A stretch of 64,000 nt of DNA, taken from positions 4,864,001 to 4,928,000 of the forward strand of contig OZ245006.1 of NCBI GenBank assembly GCA_965223545.1. The letters run 5' to 3'. Position 1 is the stretch's first letter. Each line of letters begins with the position of its first letter. The notes beneath the pieces were generated by a model, which was not told the DNA's origin, did no database searches, and was given only the letters and a program-made list of their open reading frames with translations. This stretch comes from Planctomycetota bacterium (GTDB lineage: Bacteria; Planctomycetota; UBA1135; UBA2386). This document shows, piece after piece, positions 1-9,667 of this stretch. The translations under genes and the position numbers were made by a program.

Positions 1-1
1 G

Positions 2-436
2 CCGCGCAACCCGTCGGGCCGAACCCAGACCGACGGAGCCACTGAGATCACCGATCGCCACAAGACCGCGCAGAACAAGGCGTTGGTGGTCGACTTCGTG
101 AAGACGATTCTGCAGGGCGGGGATATGGCGAGGATCACCGACTTCATCTCCACCGAGACCTACATTCAGCACAACAGTCACGTTGCCGACGGTCTTGATG
201 GGCTGAAGGCGGGACTTGCTGCCATGGCTGAAGCCGGCCATCCCATGTCCTACGCAAAGAGCCACTTCGTGGTGGCCGAAGGCAACTTCGTGTTCGTTGC
301 GTCGGAAGGGTCGTTCGGTGGTCAACACGTGGCGTTCTACGACCTGTTCCGCGTCGAGAACGACAAGATCGTTGAGCACTGGGACGTCATTCAGGAGATT
401 CCAACCGAAGTCGCGAACGACAGCGGCAAGTTCTAG
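2..436 (+). CDS. SnoaL-like / NTF2-fold protein, 5'-partial
   Basis: Frame is open from the window edge (PRNPSGRTQTDGATEITD...NKALV). Motifs YIQHN, EGNFV, FYDLFRVENDKIVEHWDV are typical of tandem SnoaL-like proteins. Confidence 0.8.
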   Translation, partial: PRNPSGRTQTDGATEITDRHKTAQNKALVVDFVKTILQGGDMARITDFISTETYIQHNSHVADGLDGLKAGLAAMAEAGHPMSYAKSHFVVAEGNFVFVASEGSFGGQHVAFYDLFRVENDKIVEHWDVIQEIPTEVANDSGKF

Positions 437-486
437 CGGCCCCGCGCAGGAGGCACCCTCGGTACGTCCCACGCGCGTTGTGGCGT

Positions 487-1155
487 TCAGGCGAGGCCCA
501 GTTTCCCTCCCAGTAGCGCGCGTCGCACTCGCAGGAGCTCGCGATGACCGGGCTCGCGCAAATCGAAGTGGATCTTGCGGTAGCGCTCGGCTGGGATCGG
601 CAGCGTCGGCGTTGCATGTGCGAGCTCCGCCCACTGCCTCGTCGCGCAGCCGCGAAAGGCCAGGTCCGGCGCTCCGTGCGCGGCCACCCACTGCGTCTGT
701 CGCTCCACGACCTCGGCCAGCAGCTTGGCCGCGTTCTGCAGCCGCAGGCGTGAGCCGTAGCGCGATTTGCCCCTACTCCTGAGATGCGCGGTTTGGGCGT
801 GTCCGCGCCCGCGCGTCACGTAGCGGCGAAACGCCTTGTGGGCGATGAGCGTGTCGCCCTCCCACCAGCCGAGCGCCGCGCTGCCGGCGCGCAGCAAGAC
901 GATCAGGTGCTGGCCGAGGACGGGCGGCAGCTGGGCGAGGTAGTCGACCGGCCGCTCGACGCCGTCGGGGATCGGCTGCACCGCGGGCACCTCGAAGCGC
1001 ACTCCGCCGTCGGCAGAGACGAACGCCCGGCGCGTCAGGTCGGCGCGCAGATCATAGCTGCGCCACAGCTCGGCCAGCAGCGTGCCGGTCTCGTGCCACG
1101 CGAAGCTGCGCGGCGCGACCGTCAGCGGTAGTACCACTCCGTCGTGTCGAGGCAC
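487..1155 (-). CDS. VLRF1 (Vms1-like aeRF1 clade) peptidyl-tRNA release factor
   Basis: LIVLLRAGSAALG...HKAFRRYVTRGRGHAQ...GKSRYGSRLR resembles the VLRF1/Vms1 core (HK.F..Y..R...G..Q...GS..R). Start codon uncertain; overlaps the 3' end of the kelch gene. Confidence 0.7.
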   Translation of the reverse strand: MPRHDGVVLPLTVAPRSFAWHETGTLLAELWRSYDLRADLTRRAFVSADGGVRFEVPAVQPIPDGVERPVDYLAQLPPVLGQHLIVLLRAGSAALGWWEGDTLIAHKAFRRYVTRGRGHAQTAHLRSRGKSRYGSRLRLQNAAKLLAEVVERQTQWVAAHGAPDLAFRGCATRQWAELAHATPTLPIPAERYRKIHFDLREPGHRELLRVRRALLGGKLGLA

Positions 1156-2675
1156 GTGGCGGTGGCGCCGTTGGCGCCGCCGAGGATGTGTGCTTGACCG
1201 AGGTGGTTGATGCGCACCGCGTACGCGGCGCGCGCCACCGCCATCTTGGGGCCGGGGGTGAAGGCGTTGGTGGCGGTGTCGTAGATCTCGGTGCCATCGA
1301 TCGCGATCGGCGTCGGGATGTCGCCCTGCGATCCGCCGGCGAGGAGGAAGCGGCCGCCGCCGAGGTCGATCGCGCTCGCCAGCCCGCGTGCCTGGGCCAT
1401 GTTGCCGGCGGGGCTCCAGCTGTTGGTGGCGCCGTCGTAGATCTCGGCGGTGTTGGTCGCGGTGCCGATTACCGGGGGCACGGCCAGCAGGTTGAGCACG
1501 CTGTGGCCGCCGGCGACGAGGACGCGGTCATTGCCCAGCTCGGCCACGACCGGCACGCCGCGTGGGCTGGCCATGTTGCTCGGCGAGCCGAACATCATCG
1601 AGCTCGGATCGAACACCTCGGCGCTGGTGTTGAGGGTCGGCACCGGCTGACCCAGCACGGTGAAGAAGCCGACGCCGCCGGTCACCAGCACGCGGCCGTT
1701 CGACAGCGATGCGGTGGCGTGGCCGGCGCGCGGCGTCGCCATCGCGGGGCCCGGGCTGAACGTGTTGGTCGTCGGGTCGTAGATCTCGGTCGTGGTCTGC
1801 GCCGAGGCGATCATCTGCGGCAGCATCGTGATGCTGTTGAAGGTCATGCCGCCGACGACGAGCACGCGGCCGTCGGGCATCAGGTGCGCGGTGTGCAGGA
1901 AACGCGGCAGCGCCATGTTGGGCCCGGCGGTGAACGTGTCGGCCACGGGGTCGTAGATGTCGGACGTGTTGATCGGGTTGTTGGCCTGATCGACGCCGCC
2001 GACGATCAGGTAGCGCCCATCGAGCAGCTGCGTCGCGGTGTGCACCGAGCGCGGCGCCGACATCGTCGGCCCGGGCACGAAGCTGTCGGTCACCGGGTCG
2101 TAGATCTCGGTGGTGTCGGTGGCGACCTGTGCCCACAGCGCGCCGGACGCGCCGCCGGTCAGCATGGTGCGCTGGTCGGCGCGCTCGACGAGCGCGGTCG
2201 TGCAGCGCCCGCCGAGGTTGACGAACTGCGTGTTGCGATCGACGAAGCTCGAGGCCGCGCCGAACCAAGCCGGTTGCGGTTGGCTGATCGACCCGATGAT
2301 CTGGGTGAAGCCGGCGGCGACCCCCTGCATGTAGATCGGCCGGCCGAGCAGCGCGGGGTTGTTGGGCGCGTTGAACGTCGGCGCGGTCAGCGTGCCGTTG
2401 GGGGGCAGGAAGGCGCCGACGATGACGAACGGCTGTGGCGCGAAGCCCACGGCGAGCTGCCGCGGATCCCCGGGGTTGACCGCCGACAGCGGCGTCGGCC
2501 CGGAGGTTCCGGCGAGGAAGATCCCGCCGACGTTGCCGATGCTGGCGCCGGTCAGCTCCAGGTTGAACGGCCCGGGCAGCGAGCCGGCGTCACCGGAGAG
2601 CGTCAATGGGGGTTGGCATGGGGCGGCGACGGCGAGCGACGCCAAGACGATGGAGCGAAAGAGGTGGATGCGCAT
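1122..2675 (-). CDS. Secreted kelch-repeat beta-propeller protein
   Basis: Signal peptide; repeated 'HTAT.L.DGR.LI.GG...TEIYDP...F..GP.M..PR' kelch units; N-terminal NNPALLG..YMQ domain. Confidence 0.9.
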   Translation of the reverse strand: MRIHLFRSIVLASLAVAAPCQPPLTLSGDAGSLPGPFNLELTGASIGNVGGIFLAGTSGPTPLSAVNPGDPRQLAVGFAPQPFVIVGAFLPPNGTLTAPTFNAPNNPALLGRPIYMQGVAAGFTQIIGSISQPQPAWFGAASSFVDRNTQFVNLGGRCTTALVERADQRTMLTGGASGALWAQVATDTTEIYDPVTDSFVPGPTMSAPRSVHTATQLLDGRYLIVGGVDQANNPINTSDIYDPVADTFTAGPNMALPRFLHTAHLMPDGRVLVVGGMTFNSITMLPQMIASAQTTTEIYDPTTNTFSPGPAMATPRAGHATASLSNGRVLVTGGVGFFTVLGQPVPTLNTSAEVFDPSSMMFGSPSNMASPRGVPVVAELGNDRVLVAGGHSVLNLLAVPPVIGTATNTAEIYDGATNSWSPAGNMAQARGLASAIDLGGGRFLLAGGSQGDIPTPIAIDGTEIYDTATNAFTPGPKMAVARAAYAVRINHLGQAHILGGANGATATCLDTTEWYYR

Positions 2676-2782
2676 CGGGGTCGGGCGGGGTTCGGGAGGT
2701 GGTGGATTGTAGCGCGCGGCACCCTACGCGGGCAGGGCGCCTGGGGATGACACGAGGGTGCTGGTCGGAAGTGCTCGGCCGA

Positions 2783-3226
2783 ATGGCAACTACCGACATC
2801 GGATCGACTCTCTCCACTTGGACCAAACGGCTGACGACGACGATCGGCGCGGTCGTCAGCTTCGCGACCCTGGCGTTCGCGCTCGGGTTCTCGGCGCTGC
2901 GGGCGCAGTACGACGTCCGCGAGCTGCCACCGGTCTGCATCGACTACTGGGCGTATGCCGAGACCGGGTTGCAGGTGTGGCTCGGGCGACGGGAGGCTCG
3001 ATGCGTGGATGGAAACGTGTTCGCCCAGCGCTACCGCCCGAGCGACCAACGCAGCGCTTGGGTCACGTCGGCGCCCAACGGCGTGGCGCTCGGCCCCAGC
3101 GCTGCCTGCAAGACGACCTGGACGCCCAGCAACGCGGTCGAACTCGGGATGCGCACGCCGACCTGGAATGTCCCCGCGACCGCGGTCACTGGAGCCAGCA
3201 CCGCCGCGCTGGCGAGGTCGAAGTAG
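2783..3226 (+). CDS. Possible small membrane-anchored hypothetical protein or truncated gene (3' half is antisense to the ELWxxDGT gene)
   Basis: MATTDIG...IGAVVSFATLAFALGFSAL hydrophobic helix fills the otherwise empty 2676-3030 gap. Confidence 0.3.
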   Translation: MATTDIGSTLSTWTKRLTTTIGAVVSFATLAFALGFSALRAQYDVRELPPVCIDYWAYAETGLQVWLGRREARCVDGNVFAQRYRPSDQRSAWVTSAPNGVALGPSAACKTTWTPSNAVELGMRTPTWNVPATAVTGASTAALARSK

Positions 3227-6033
3227 AGCGAGCAACTGCCGGCGAGCGGAGCCGGCACGGGGAGCGGACGTCCCACCAGCACCGCGCCCGCGCTGGCAGG
3301 CGCGGCGCCGGCGCCGCGAATGACGGCGGCGCCGCCAAGCACCGGGTCGTCGGAAGCCAAGCGCAACATGAGCGCCGGTTGCGCCGCGCACGAACGACCA
3401 ACCGACTGGACCGTGGCGCCGGGGTCGACCGCGAACAGCTCCCGGCCGGAGATGCCGTCGTCGACCGCGAACAGCAACCGGCCGCTGCTGAGCGTCAGTC
3501 CCGAGGGCGTCGAGCTGGCCAAACCCGGGGCGATGTCCACGACCAGGCTGGTGCCAGCCGGCGTGCCGTCCGTCTGCCACAGCTCGCTGCCGGTGGCCGA
3601 GTCGAAGCCGACGAAGTAAGCGCGGCGTTGCCCCGCGGCGGTGAGCTCCGCGATCGCTGGAAAGAACAGACCGAGGTAGCCGCCGGTCGTGAAGGGGCTC
3701 GTCAGCGGCGCAGTACCCGCCGCGGTGCCGTCACTGCGCCACAGCCGCGCGCCGCTCTCTTGGCCGAACCCATTGACGATCGGCTGCTCGAACAGCAGCT
3801 CGTCGCGACCCCACGGAACGAGCTGGCGCGGATCGCCACTCGTCGACCCCGGCACGGTGTCAGCCACCAGGGTCGTGCCCGCTGCGGTGCTGTCCGTCTT
3901 GAACAGCTCGAAGCCGATCCCAGGAACGCTCGCCTGGAAGAACAGCGTGTCGCCGACCACGGTGAGGTGATCTGGATACGAGTCGCCACTTCCCGGAGAG
4001 ATGTCGGCCACGAGGCTGGCCGTCGTGCCCGACGTGCGGAGCAGCTCGATGCCGGCGTTGCCAAACGGGCCCGTGAAGAACAGCTCGCCCCGATAGGCAC
4101 GGTGTGGTGCCCACGCTGCGATTGGGTGCACTGCAATGGTGCCGCCCACGGTGCCGTCCGTGCGCCACAGCTCGGTGCGCCCGCCCTGCATCGTGCGCCG
4201 GAAGTAGGCGAGCCCACCCACGCCCTCGAGCATCAGGGAGGCGCTGCTCGCGGGGCCAGGGGTCAGGTCGGCTACCATCGCGGTGCCCGCTGTACTCCCG
4301 TCCGTGCGCCACACTTCGGTGCCGGCCGCGGCCGTGCGGCCAACAAAGTACAGCACGTCGCCGACTGCGGCCGTGTAGCGACTGACGGGCTCGACATTGC
4401 CGACACGTGAGGTCCCCGCCGTCGTACCGTCGGTTCGCCACAGCTGACGTCCCGTGCCATCGTTGGCGCTGAAGAAGGCCCACGCCCCCGCGATGCCGAG
4501 CCACCTCAGCTGGCTAGACGGCAGCCCAGCGCGCACATCGCGGACCAAGACCGTGCCCGCCTCGGTCCCGTCGGAGCGCCACAGCTCGCTGCCGACGATC
4601 CCGTCGTTGGCAACGAACAGGGTGGTGCCGAAGAAATCCAAAGCGTCGCTCGGGTTGGATGACCTTGTGAACGGCGGTCCCCAGATGTTGGTCAGCAGGC
4701 GAGTCCCCGCAGCCGTCAAATCGCTTCCGATCGGCTCGTGGCCGACACGGCCGGGGTCGGCCGCGAACAGCAAGCCACCGCTGACCGCGGTCGGCCCGAT
4801 CGGGAACGACCCGACCGGCCCGGGAACCAGGTCCACCAGCAAGCGCGTGCCGGCGATCGTCCCATCGCTCACCCAGGGCTCGCTTCCCGTCGCCGGGTCG
4901 CGCCCGGGGAAGACCAGTTGGTTGTCGATCACGGCAATCTCGTTCGCCCCGACCCGATACACCGGCATCTCCTGCAGCTCGAAGGTTCCCGCGGCCGTCC
5001 CATCGCTGGTGTACAGACCATAGCGCGACAGCCCCGACCGCGCCGCAAACACCAACCGCCCGCCGAACGCAGTGAGGTCGCTGGGACCCGAACTCGTCAC
5101 CCCGGGCCAGAGGTCGATGACCTCGATCGTCCCCGCCACCGTGCCGTCGGAGGTCCAGAGTTCCTCGCCTGTGGTCCCGCCTTCTTGCCAGCCGCGGAAG
5201 TAGGCACGACCGCCGGCCTCGGTGAGCTCGGCCGCTCTCACAAAGCCGGTACGCAGCGCAAACGTGCCCGCGATGGTGCCATCGGTGCGCCAGATCTCGT
5301 CGCGGTTATTCGGCCGCCGAGTGATCACGATCAGCTCGCCGCTCGGTAGCGCGACCGCGCTGGAGACGAACCCCATCTGCGGGATTGCGGGACCGCGGCG
5401 CGTCCCGGCGGGCGTGCCGTCCGTGGTCCAGAGGACGGTGTCCGAGCCGTTGCGCGCGAAGAACACCACGTCGCTGCCGAACTGGACGAAGCCACCGGGG
5501 AACGAGCCGCTGGGACCCGGCTCGGCGTCGACGAGCAGGACGGTGCCCGCATCCGTGCCATCCGTCACCCAGGGCTCACTGCCGGTGACACCGTCGTCGG
5601 CGGAAACGTAGATCCGAGGTCCGATCGGTTCGAGGCCGCCGGCAGCCGTCGGCGGGCCGAGTTGGCTTGTTTGGCCCGTCGCGGCGATGCTATGGTAAAG
5701 CCCGTAGCCCCCGCTCGCACCCGTCGACCGGAACACGACGTGCGGCCCGATCTGGATAAGGTCAACCGGGAACGAGCTAGCGGTTCCAGGCCTGAGATCC
5801 GCGACCAGAGACGCAGGCCCGCCGGCCACGGGAAACCTGAACACCTCCTCGCCGACGTCCGGCCGCAGACCCGCGGCGTAGATGTAGCCACCCGCCTCCA
5901 CCGCCGACCGCCGCCGATCCCAGGAGGTGGCCCCACCGAAGTCGGTCTGGTTGATGTCCTTCACCAGCTGGATCGACTGGGCGCACAGCGGGCCGGCGAG
6001 GAGCAAGAAACTGAGGACGATTGGGATCGGCAT
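3031..6033 (-). CDS. ELWxxDGT-repeat secreted protein
   Basis: Probable start MPIPIVLSFLLLAGPLCAQ (signal peptide) at 6033; about 15 (E/Q)LWxxDGT-like repeats; C-terminal IPSSTALLGVQVVLQ domain. Confidence 0.9.
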   Translation of the reverse strand: MPIPIVLSFLLLAGPLCAQSIQLVKDINQTDFGGATSWDRRRSAVEAGGYIYAAGLRPDVGEEVFRFPVAGGPASLVADLRPGTASSFPVDLIQIGPHVVFRSTGASGGYGLYHSIAATGQTSQLGPPTAAGGLEPIGPRIYVSADDGVTGSEPWVTDGTDAGTVLLVDAEPGPSGSFPGGFVQFGSDVVFFARNGSDTVLWTTDGTPAGTRRGPAIPQMGFVSSAVALPSGELIVITRRPNNRDEIWRTDGTIAGTFALRTGFVRAAELTEAGGRAYFRGWQEGGTTGEELWTSDGTVAGTIEVIDLWPGVTSSGPSDLTAFGGRLVFAARSGLSRYGLYTSDGTAAGTFELQEMPVYRVGANEIAVIDNQLVFPGRDPATGSEPWVSDGTIAGTRLLVDLVPGPVGSFPIGPTAVSGGLLFAADPGRVGHEPIGSDLTAAGTRLLTNIWGPPFTRSSNPSDALDFFGTTLFVANDGIVGSELWRSDGTEAGTVLVRDVRAGLPSSQLRWLGIAGAWAFFSANDGTGRQLWRTDGTTAGTSRVGNVEPVSRYTAAVGDVLYFVGRTAAAGTEVWRTDGSTAGTAMVADLTPGPASSASLMLEGVGGLAYFRRTMQGGRTELWRTDGTVGGTIAVHPIAAWAPHRAYRGELFFTGPFGNAGIELLRTSGTTASLVADISPGSGDSYPDHLTVVGDTLFFQASVPGIGFELFKTDSTAAGTTLVADTVPGSTSGDPRQLVPWGRDELLFEQPIVNGFGQESGARLWRSDGTAAGTAPLTSPFTTGGYLGLFFPAIAELTAAGQRRAYFVGFDSATGSELWQTDGTPAGTSLVVDIAPGLASSTPSGLTLSSGRLLFAVDDGISGRELFAVDPGATVQSVGRSCAAQPALMLRLASDDPVLGGAAVIRGAGAAPASAGAVLVGRPLPVPAPLAGSCSLYFDLASAAVLAPVTAVAGTFQVGVRIPSSTALLGVQVVLQAALGPSATPLGADVTQALRWSLGR

Positions 6034-6103
6034 GGGACGCTGGTGCGATTCTATCGCTGCGGAGCGCCGGCCGCTCGGCCCGTGGCGCCAGACCCGCGTC
6101 GCC

Positions 6104-6700
6104 GACCCTGCCCCGCCCGCGCGCGGCCGCGGGCCCGACTCGCGTCCGTCGCGAGCCCGAGAAGGAAGACCGTGCTCTACCAGGTGCTGGCGGCGCACTT
6201 CGAGACTTTCGTCGCCCGGGTGGAGGCGGACCCCGACCGCGGCGACCTGCCGCGCTTCGTGGTCCGCGAGCTCCGTGCGTTCCTCGACAGCGGCATCCTC
6301 GCGCGTGGCTTCTGCCGCGCGCATTGCGTGGCTTGCGGGAAGGACGACCTGGTCGCGTTCGCGTGCAAGCGCCGCGGATTCTGCCCGTCGTGTGGGGCGC
6401 GGCGCATGGCCGACACCGCAGCGCACCTGGTCGACCACGTGCTGCCGGCTGGCCGGACGGCGTCTTCTCGATCGACTTCCGCGACGACGAGCCAAGCGAC
6501 CGCGCCGAGTTCTGCGACACCGAGCCCCCCACCGACGACGACATCCAGCGCCTGGTGAAGACGCTGCGGGAGCGCGTGCTTCGGCTGCTGCGCAAGCGGG
6601 CTGCGCATACCGGAGTTCAGCCCCGAGCGGCTGGAGAAACTCCTGCCGCTACGTCGCACGCGCTGCCGTCGTCCATGAGCGCCTGTCGCTGTCCGTCATG
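6104..6700 (+). pseudogene. IS91/ISCR-family rolling-circle transposase remnant, copy 1
   Basis: REPEK/TVLYQV...GILARGF..HC..C...VAFACKRRGFCPSCGARRM (Zn-binding domain), then PDGVF...PPTDDDI, then ERLEKL/CRYVARAAVVHERLS (catalytic Tyr region). The pieces are joined by frameshifts and internal deletions; the HUH motif is missing. Confidence 0.85.
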
Positions 6701-6837
6701 GTTGGGCCTGGCTTGTTGTCGAAGACTCGACCAGTCGTGCTCAGCGGGGGTGTCGTCGCCGCAAGGATTCGCGGGATTCCCCGTTCGAGAACTGCGTTCT
6801 CCTTGCAAAAAGGAAGACTGGATGAACAATTACACGA

Positions 6838-8025
6838 ATGATTCGTCGCCAGCTCGAGCAGTCCTTGCGCAGCGCTCTGGCCCGAGCGCCGGTCGCGGCG
6901 CTGCTGGGCCCGCGGCAGGTGGGCAAGACGACGCTGGCGATCGACCTGGCGGCACGCCTGGATGACAACCACGTCTACCTCGATCTCGAGCGGGACTCCG
7001 ACCGCGCCAAGTTGGCGGATGCCGAGCTGTTCCTCGGCGGTCAGCGCGGGCGTCTGGTCGTGCTCGACGAGGTGCAGCGGATGCCGCAGCTGTTCCAACT
7101 GCTGCGCAGCTTGGTCGACGAGCGGCTTCGCGCCGGAGAGCCGAGCGGCCACTTCCTGGTTTTGGGCTCTGCATCCCGTGACTTGCTGCACCAGTCGTCC
7201 GAATCCTTGGCGGGGCGTATCGAGTTCCTCGAGCTCAGGCCACTCGTCTGGTCGGAGGTCGGGGCGCGCGACGCGGACGTCGAAGCGCTCTGGCTGCGGG
7301 GCGGGTTCCCGCGGAGCTACCTAGCGACCGACGACGCTGCGAGCTGGGTCTGGCGCACCCACTTCATCTCGACGTACCTCGAGCGCGACATCCCGCAGCT
7401 GGGGCCGCGGCTGCCCGCCGAACAGATGCGCCGCCTGTGGACGATGCTGGGCCACGGCCAGGGCGATCCGTTGAACGCGGCCAAGCTCGGGGCGGGCCTC
7501 GGCGTCTCCGGCAACACCGTGCGCAACTACCTCGACGTTCTGACGGACTTGTACATGGTGCGGCAGCTCGCGCCCTGGTCGGGCAACAGCCGCAAGCGGC
7601 TGGTCCGTTCGCCCAAGGTCTACGTGCGGGACTCCGGTCTCTTGCACCGGCTGGTCAATGTCCCCGACGTCGACACCTTGCTCGGTCACCCCGTGTGCGG
7701 CGGTTCGTGGGAAGGCTTCGTGGTCGAGAACGTGCTCGCGCTGGTGCCCGACACCTGGACGCCGACCTACTACCGAACCAGCGCGCAGGCGGAGATCGAT
7801 CTAGTGCTCGAGGGACCGGGGGATCGGACCGTCGCCATCGAGATCAAGCGCACGCTGTCGCCGAAAGTGAGCAAGGGCTTCCGTCTCGCGGCGGAAGACG
7901 TCGGCGCCACGGCCCGCTTCTACGTGATGCCGAGCGGGGATCGCTACCCGCTGGAGCGAGGCATCGAAGCGATCGGGTTGGCTGAGCTTTTGGCTTGGGT
8001 CCGGACGGAGCTATGGTGGTCTTGA
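6838..8025 (+). CDS. AAA+ ATPase (AAA_14 plus DUF4143 type)
   Basis: GPRQVGKTT Walker A, LDEVQ Walker B, LGSAS, ESLAGR, RGGFP, PKVYVRDSG, EIDLV...IEIK. Confidence 0.92.
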   Translation: MIRRQLEQSLRSALARAPVAALLGPRQVGKTTLAIDLAARLDDNHVYLDLERDSDRAKLADAELFLGGQRGRLVVLDEVQRMPQLFQLLRSLVDERLRAGEPSGHFLVLGSASRDLLHQSSESLAGRIEFLELRPLVWSEVGARDADVEALWLRGGFPRSYLATDDAASWVWRTHFISTYLERDIPQLGPRLPAEQMRRLWTMLGHGQGDPLNAAKLGAGLGVSGNTVRNYLDVLTDLYMVRQLAPWSGNSRKRLVRSPKVYVRDSGLLHRLVNVPDVDTLLGHPVCGGSWEGFVVENVLALVPDTWTPTYYRTSAQAEIDLVLEGPGDRTVAIEIKRTLSPKVSKGFRLAAEDVGATARFYVMPSGDRYPLERGIEAIGLAELLAWVRTELWWS

Positions 8026-8177
8026 TCGTCGCTGGCGGGTGCGCAACATCTCGCGAGCCTGACCCTGGCTCGCGCCAACTCTCTGACGTTCGGAGCGTGA
8101 GAAGCGACATTTGGGTTCGGTGCGCCCTCGTCGCGTGACGAACGGCCGCCGTCATGACCAAATCGAGTGGATGACCA

Positions 8178-8634
8178 ATGATGTGGGATGTCTGCAAGAA
8201 TGCATTTCACTGCGACGGAAGCCTCCGCGACATCTACGTCCAGCAGACCGAGGAGGAAGACTGGGAGGCTTTCGTAGGCTTCGTCAGCGCTCAGGGTTTC
8301 CGTGTCAACTACTCAACGCGATGGCGAACCAGCCGTCCTCCCCGCACGTGTCGCGGACATCCTGGATGATCCCACTTACGGGCACCTTTTGAAGATCGAT
8401 GCCGGCGGCGTCGCGCTGCATTGTCATTTCTTCACTTCCGAAGAGATCGAGCTGGACGTCGATCCCAAGGAGGTCGACTCCCAGGCGCGGTTGGACGCCT
8501 TGGTCGATTTCATTCGTGGTCTGGGGACTGCTCTCTCCAAGAACGTGATCCTCACGGAGGAGAATTCGCCGGAGTACGTTTGGCTTGAGTATCGCTCTGA
8601 CAGTGGTCAGATATCGCTCACGCGAACCGCGTAG
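8178..8634 (+). pseudogene. Conserved hypothetical protein split by a frameshift near 8315
   Basis: DGSLRDIYV...EDW (8178-8369) continues in another frame as DGEP...HCHFFTSEEIELDVDPKEV...VILTEEN; visibly lower GC than the flanks. Confidence 0.6.
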
Positions 8635-8669
8635 TCCGAACCGAGGGCTGAGTACGCAGCTCTCTTTTC

Positions 8670-9275
8670 GTCTTCCTTCAGCCCGGCCTGCGCGACGCGG
8701 CAATCGCGCGCGCGGGCCTCGTGCAGCGCGCGGCGCAGCGCGGGCACGTCGCCCGCGTGCGCACGCGCAAGAGCGGCGGCGTCGACGCCTACACAGACCT
8801 CGCGCAGCCAACGCACGTCGCGCGCGACGCGCTCCGCCACCACTTCCCCCTCCGCTTCGAGACCCAGCCGCCCGCCCGAGTCGGCACCGACCGCCAACGC
8901 GCAGAGCTCGACCGGGAAGTCAGCGGCGCGAAACTCGCGCTCGTACATCTTGGCGAGCGTGCCCGGACGCAGATCGTCGAAGCGACGCAGCTCCAAGTGC
9001 AGCCGGCACACCGTCAGCGCCCGGCCGATCTCCGGGTGGTGCCGCACCGGGCCCGCGGGGCGGCCGTCGAACTGTGCGGCGAGCTCCGGCAAGACCTCGG
9101 CCAGCACGCCGGCCTCGAACAGCTCGACGAAGAAGCGCCCCGGCGAGCGACACTCCAGCAGCGCCGAGCGGACCTCGGCCGCCAGCGCTTCCGGCGGAAT
9201 CGGGCCGCAGCTGATCCCCGTCGACCGGCAGCTTGCGCACGCGGGGATCCAACGCGAAGTCCCAACTGTGCGCGG
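8670..9275 (-). pseudogene. Fragment of a CCA-adding/tRNA nucleotidyltransferase-like gene (C-terminal half, internally deleted)
   Basis: AQL/DFALDP...PPEALAAEVRSAL...PGRFF..L...GVLAEVLPEL...HHPEI...LRPGTL...AD..GRLG resembles the Cca binding and HD-flanking region. The NTase domain and HD core are absent. Confidence 0.55.
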
Positions 9276-9311
9276 GTTGAAACGGTCTCGTTTGAGTTTC
9301 CGGACACGACG

Positions 9312-9451
9312 AGGTCGCCGCGGTCGGGATCCGCCTCGACGCGGGCGAGGAAGGGCCGAGGTGCGCTGCCAGCACCTGGTAGAGCACGGTCTTCTCGGGC
9401 TCGCGCCGGACCCGGGTCGGGCCCGCGGCGAGGTGCGGGCGGGGGAGGGTC
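9312..9451 (-). pseudogene. IS91/ISCR-family transposase 5' remnant, copy 2 (inverted relative to copy 1)
   Basis: TLPRPHLAAGPTRVRREPEKTVLYQVLAAHL/FLARVEADPDRGDL; clear nucleotide similarity to 6104-6248. Confidence 0.85.
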
Positions 9452-9667
9452 GCGGTCGGGTGCTTCGTCGTCGCGACGGAGGCCAAGATCCGCGTCCGCC
9501 GGCCATAGCTGCCAGATACGCGCATGAAGGGCGCCGCCCCCCAAGCCCGGCCCACGTTGTTGGCGATAACGCCGAGGGTTACGCCGCTCCCCCATGCCCG
9601 CTGCCCGCGCTGTGCCCCGTGCCCACGCCCCCGGTGCCACCGGCGTGACCGGTGGGGAGGCGCGGCC

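Noticed and set aside
3031..6033. Periodic DNA repeats suggesting a CRISPR array or tandem repeat (also 1122-2675 and 62505-64000)
   Set aside because: They are degenerate protein-coding repeats (ELWxxDGT, kelch); no identical repeat-spacer structure or cas genes.
6034..6495. N-terminal extension of the ELWxxDGT ORF (similar extensions at 17224-18045, 36031-37245, 42602-44374 and 49413-50402)
   Set aside because: The extensions overlap other recognisable genes or the transposase remnant; signal peptides or family N-termini indicate the downstream starts.
8088..8660. Possible integron cassette: GTTCGGAG at 8088 and GTCCGAAC at 8634 flank the lower-GC gene
   Set aside because: No complete attC hairpin, no integrase, and imperfect core consensus; IntegronFinder would be needed.
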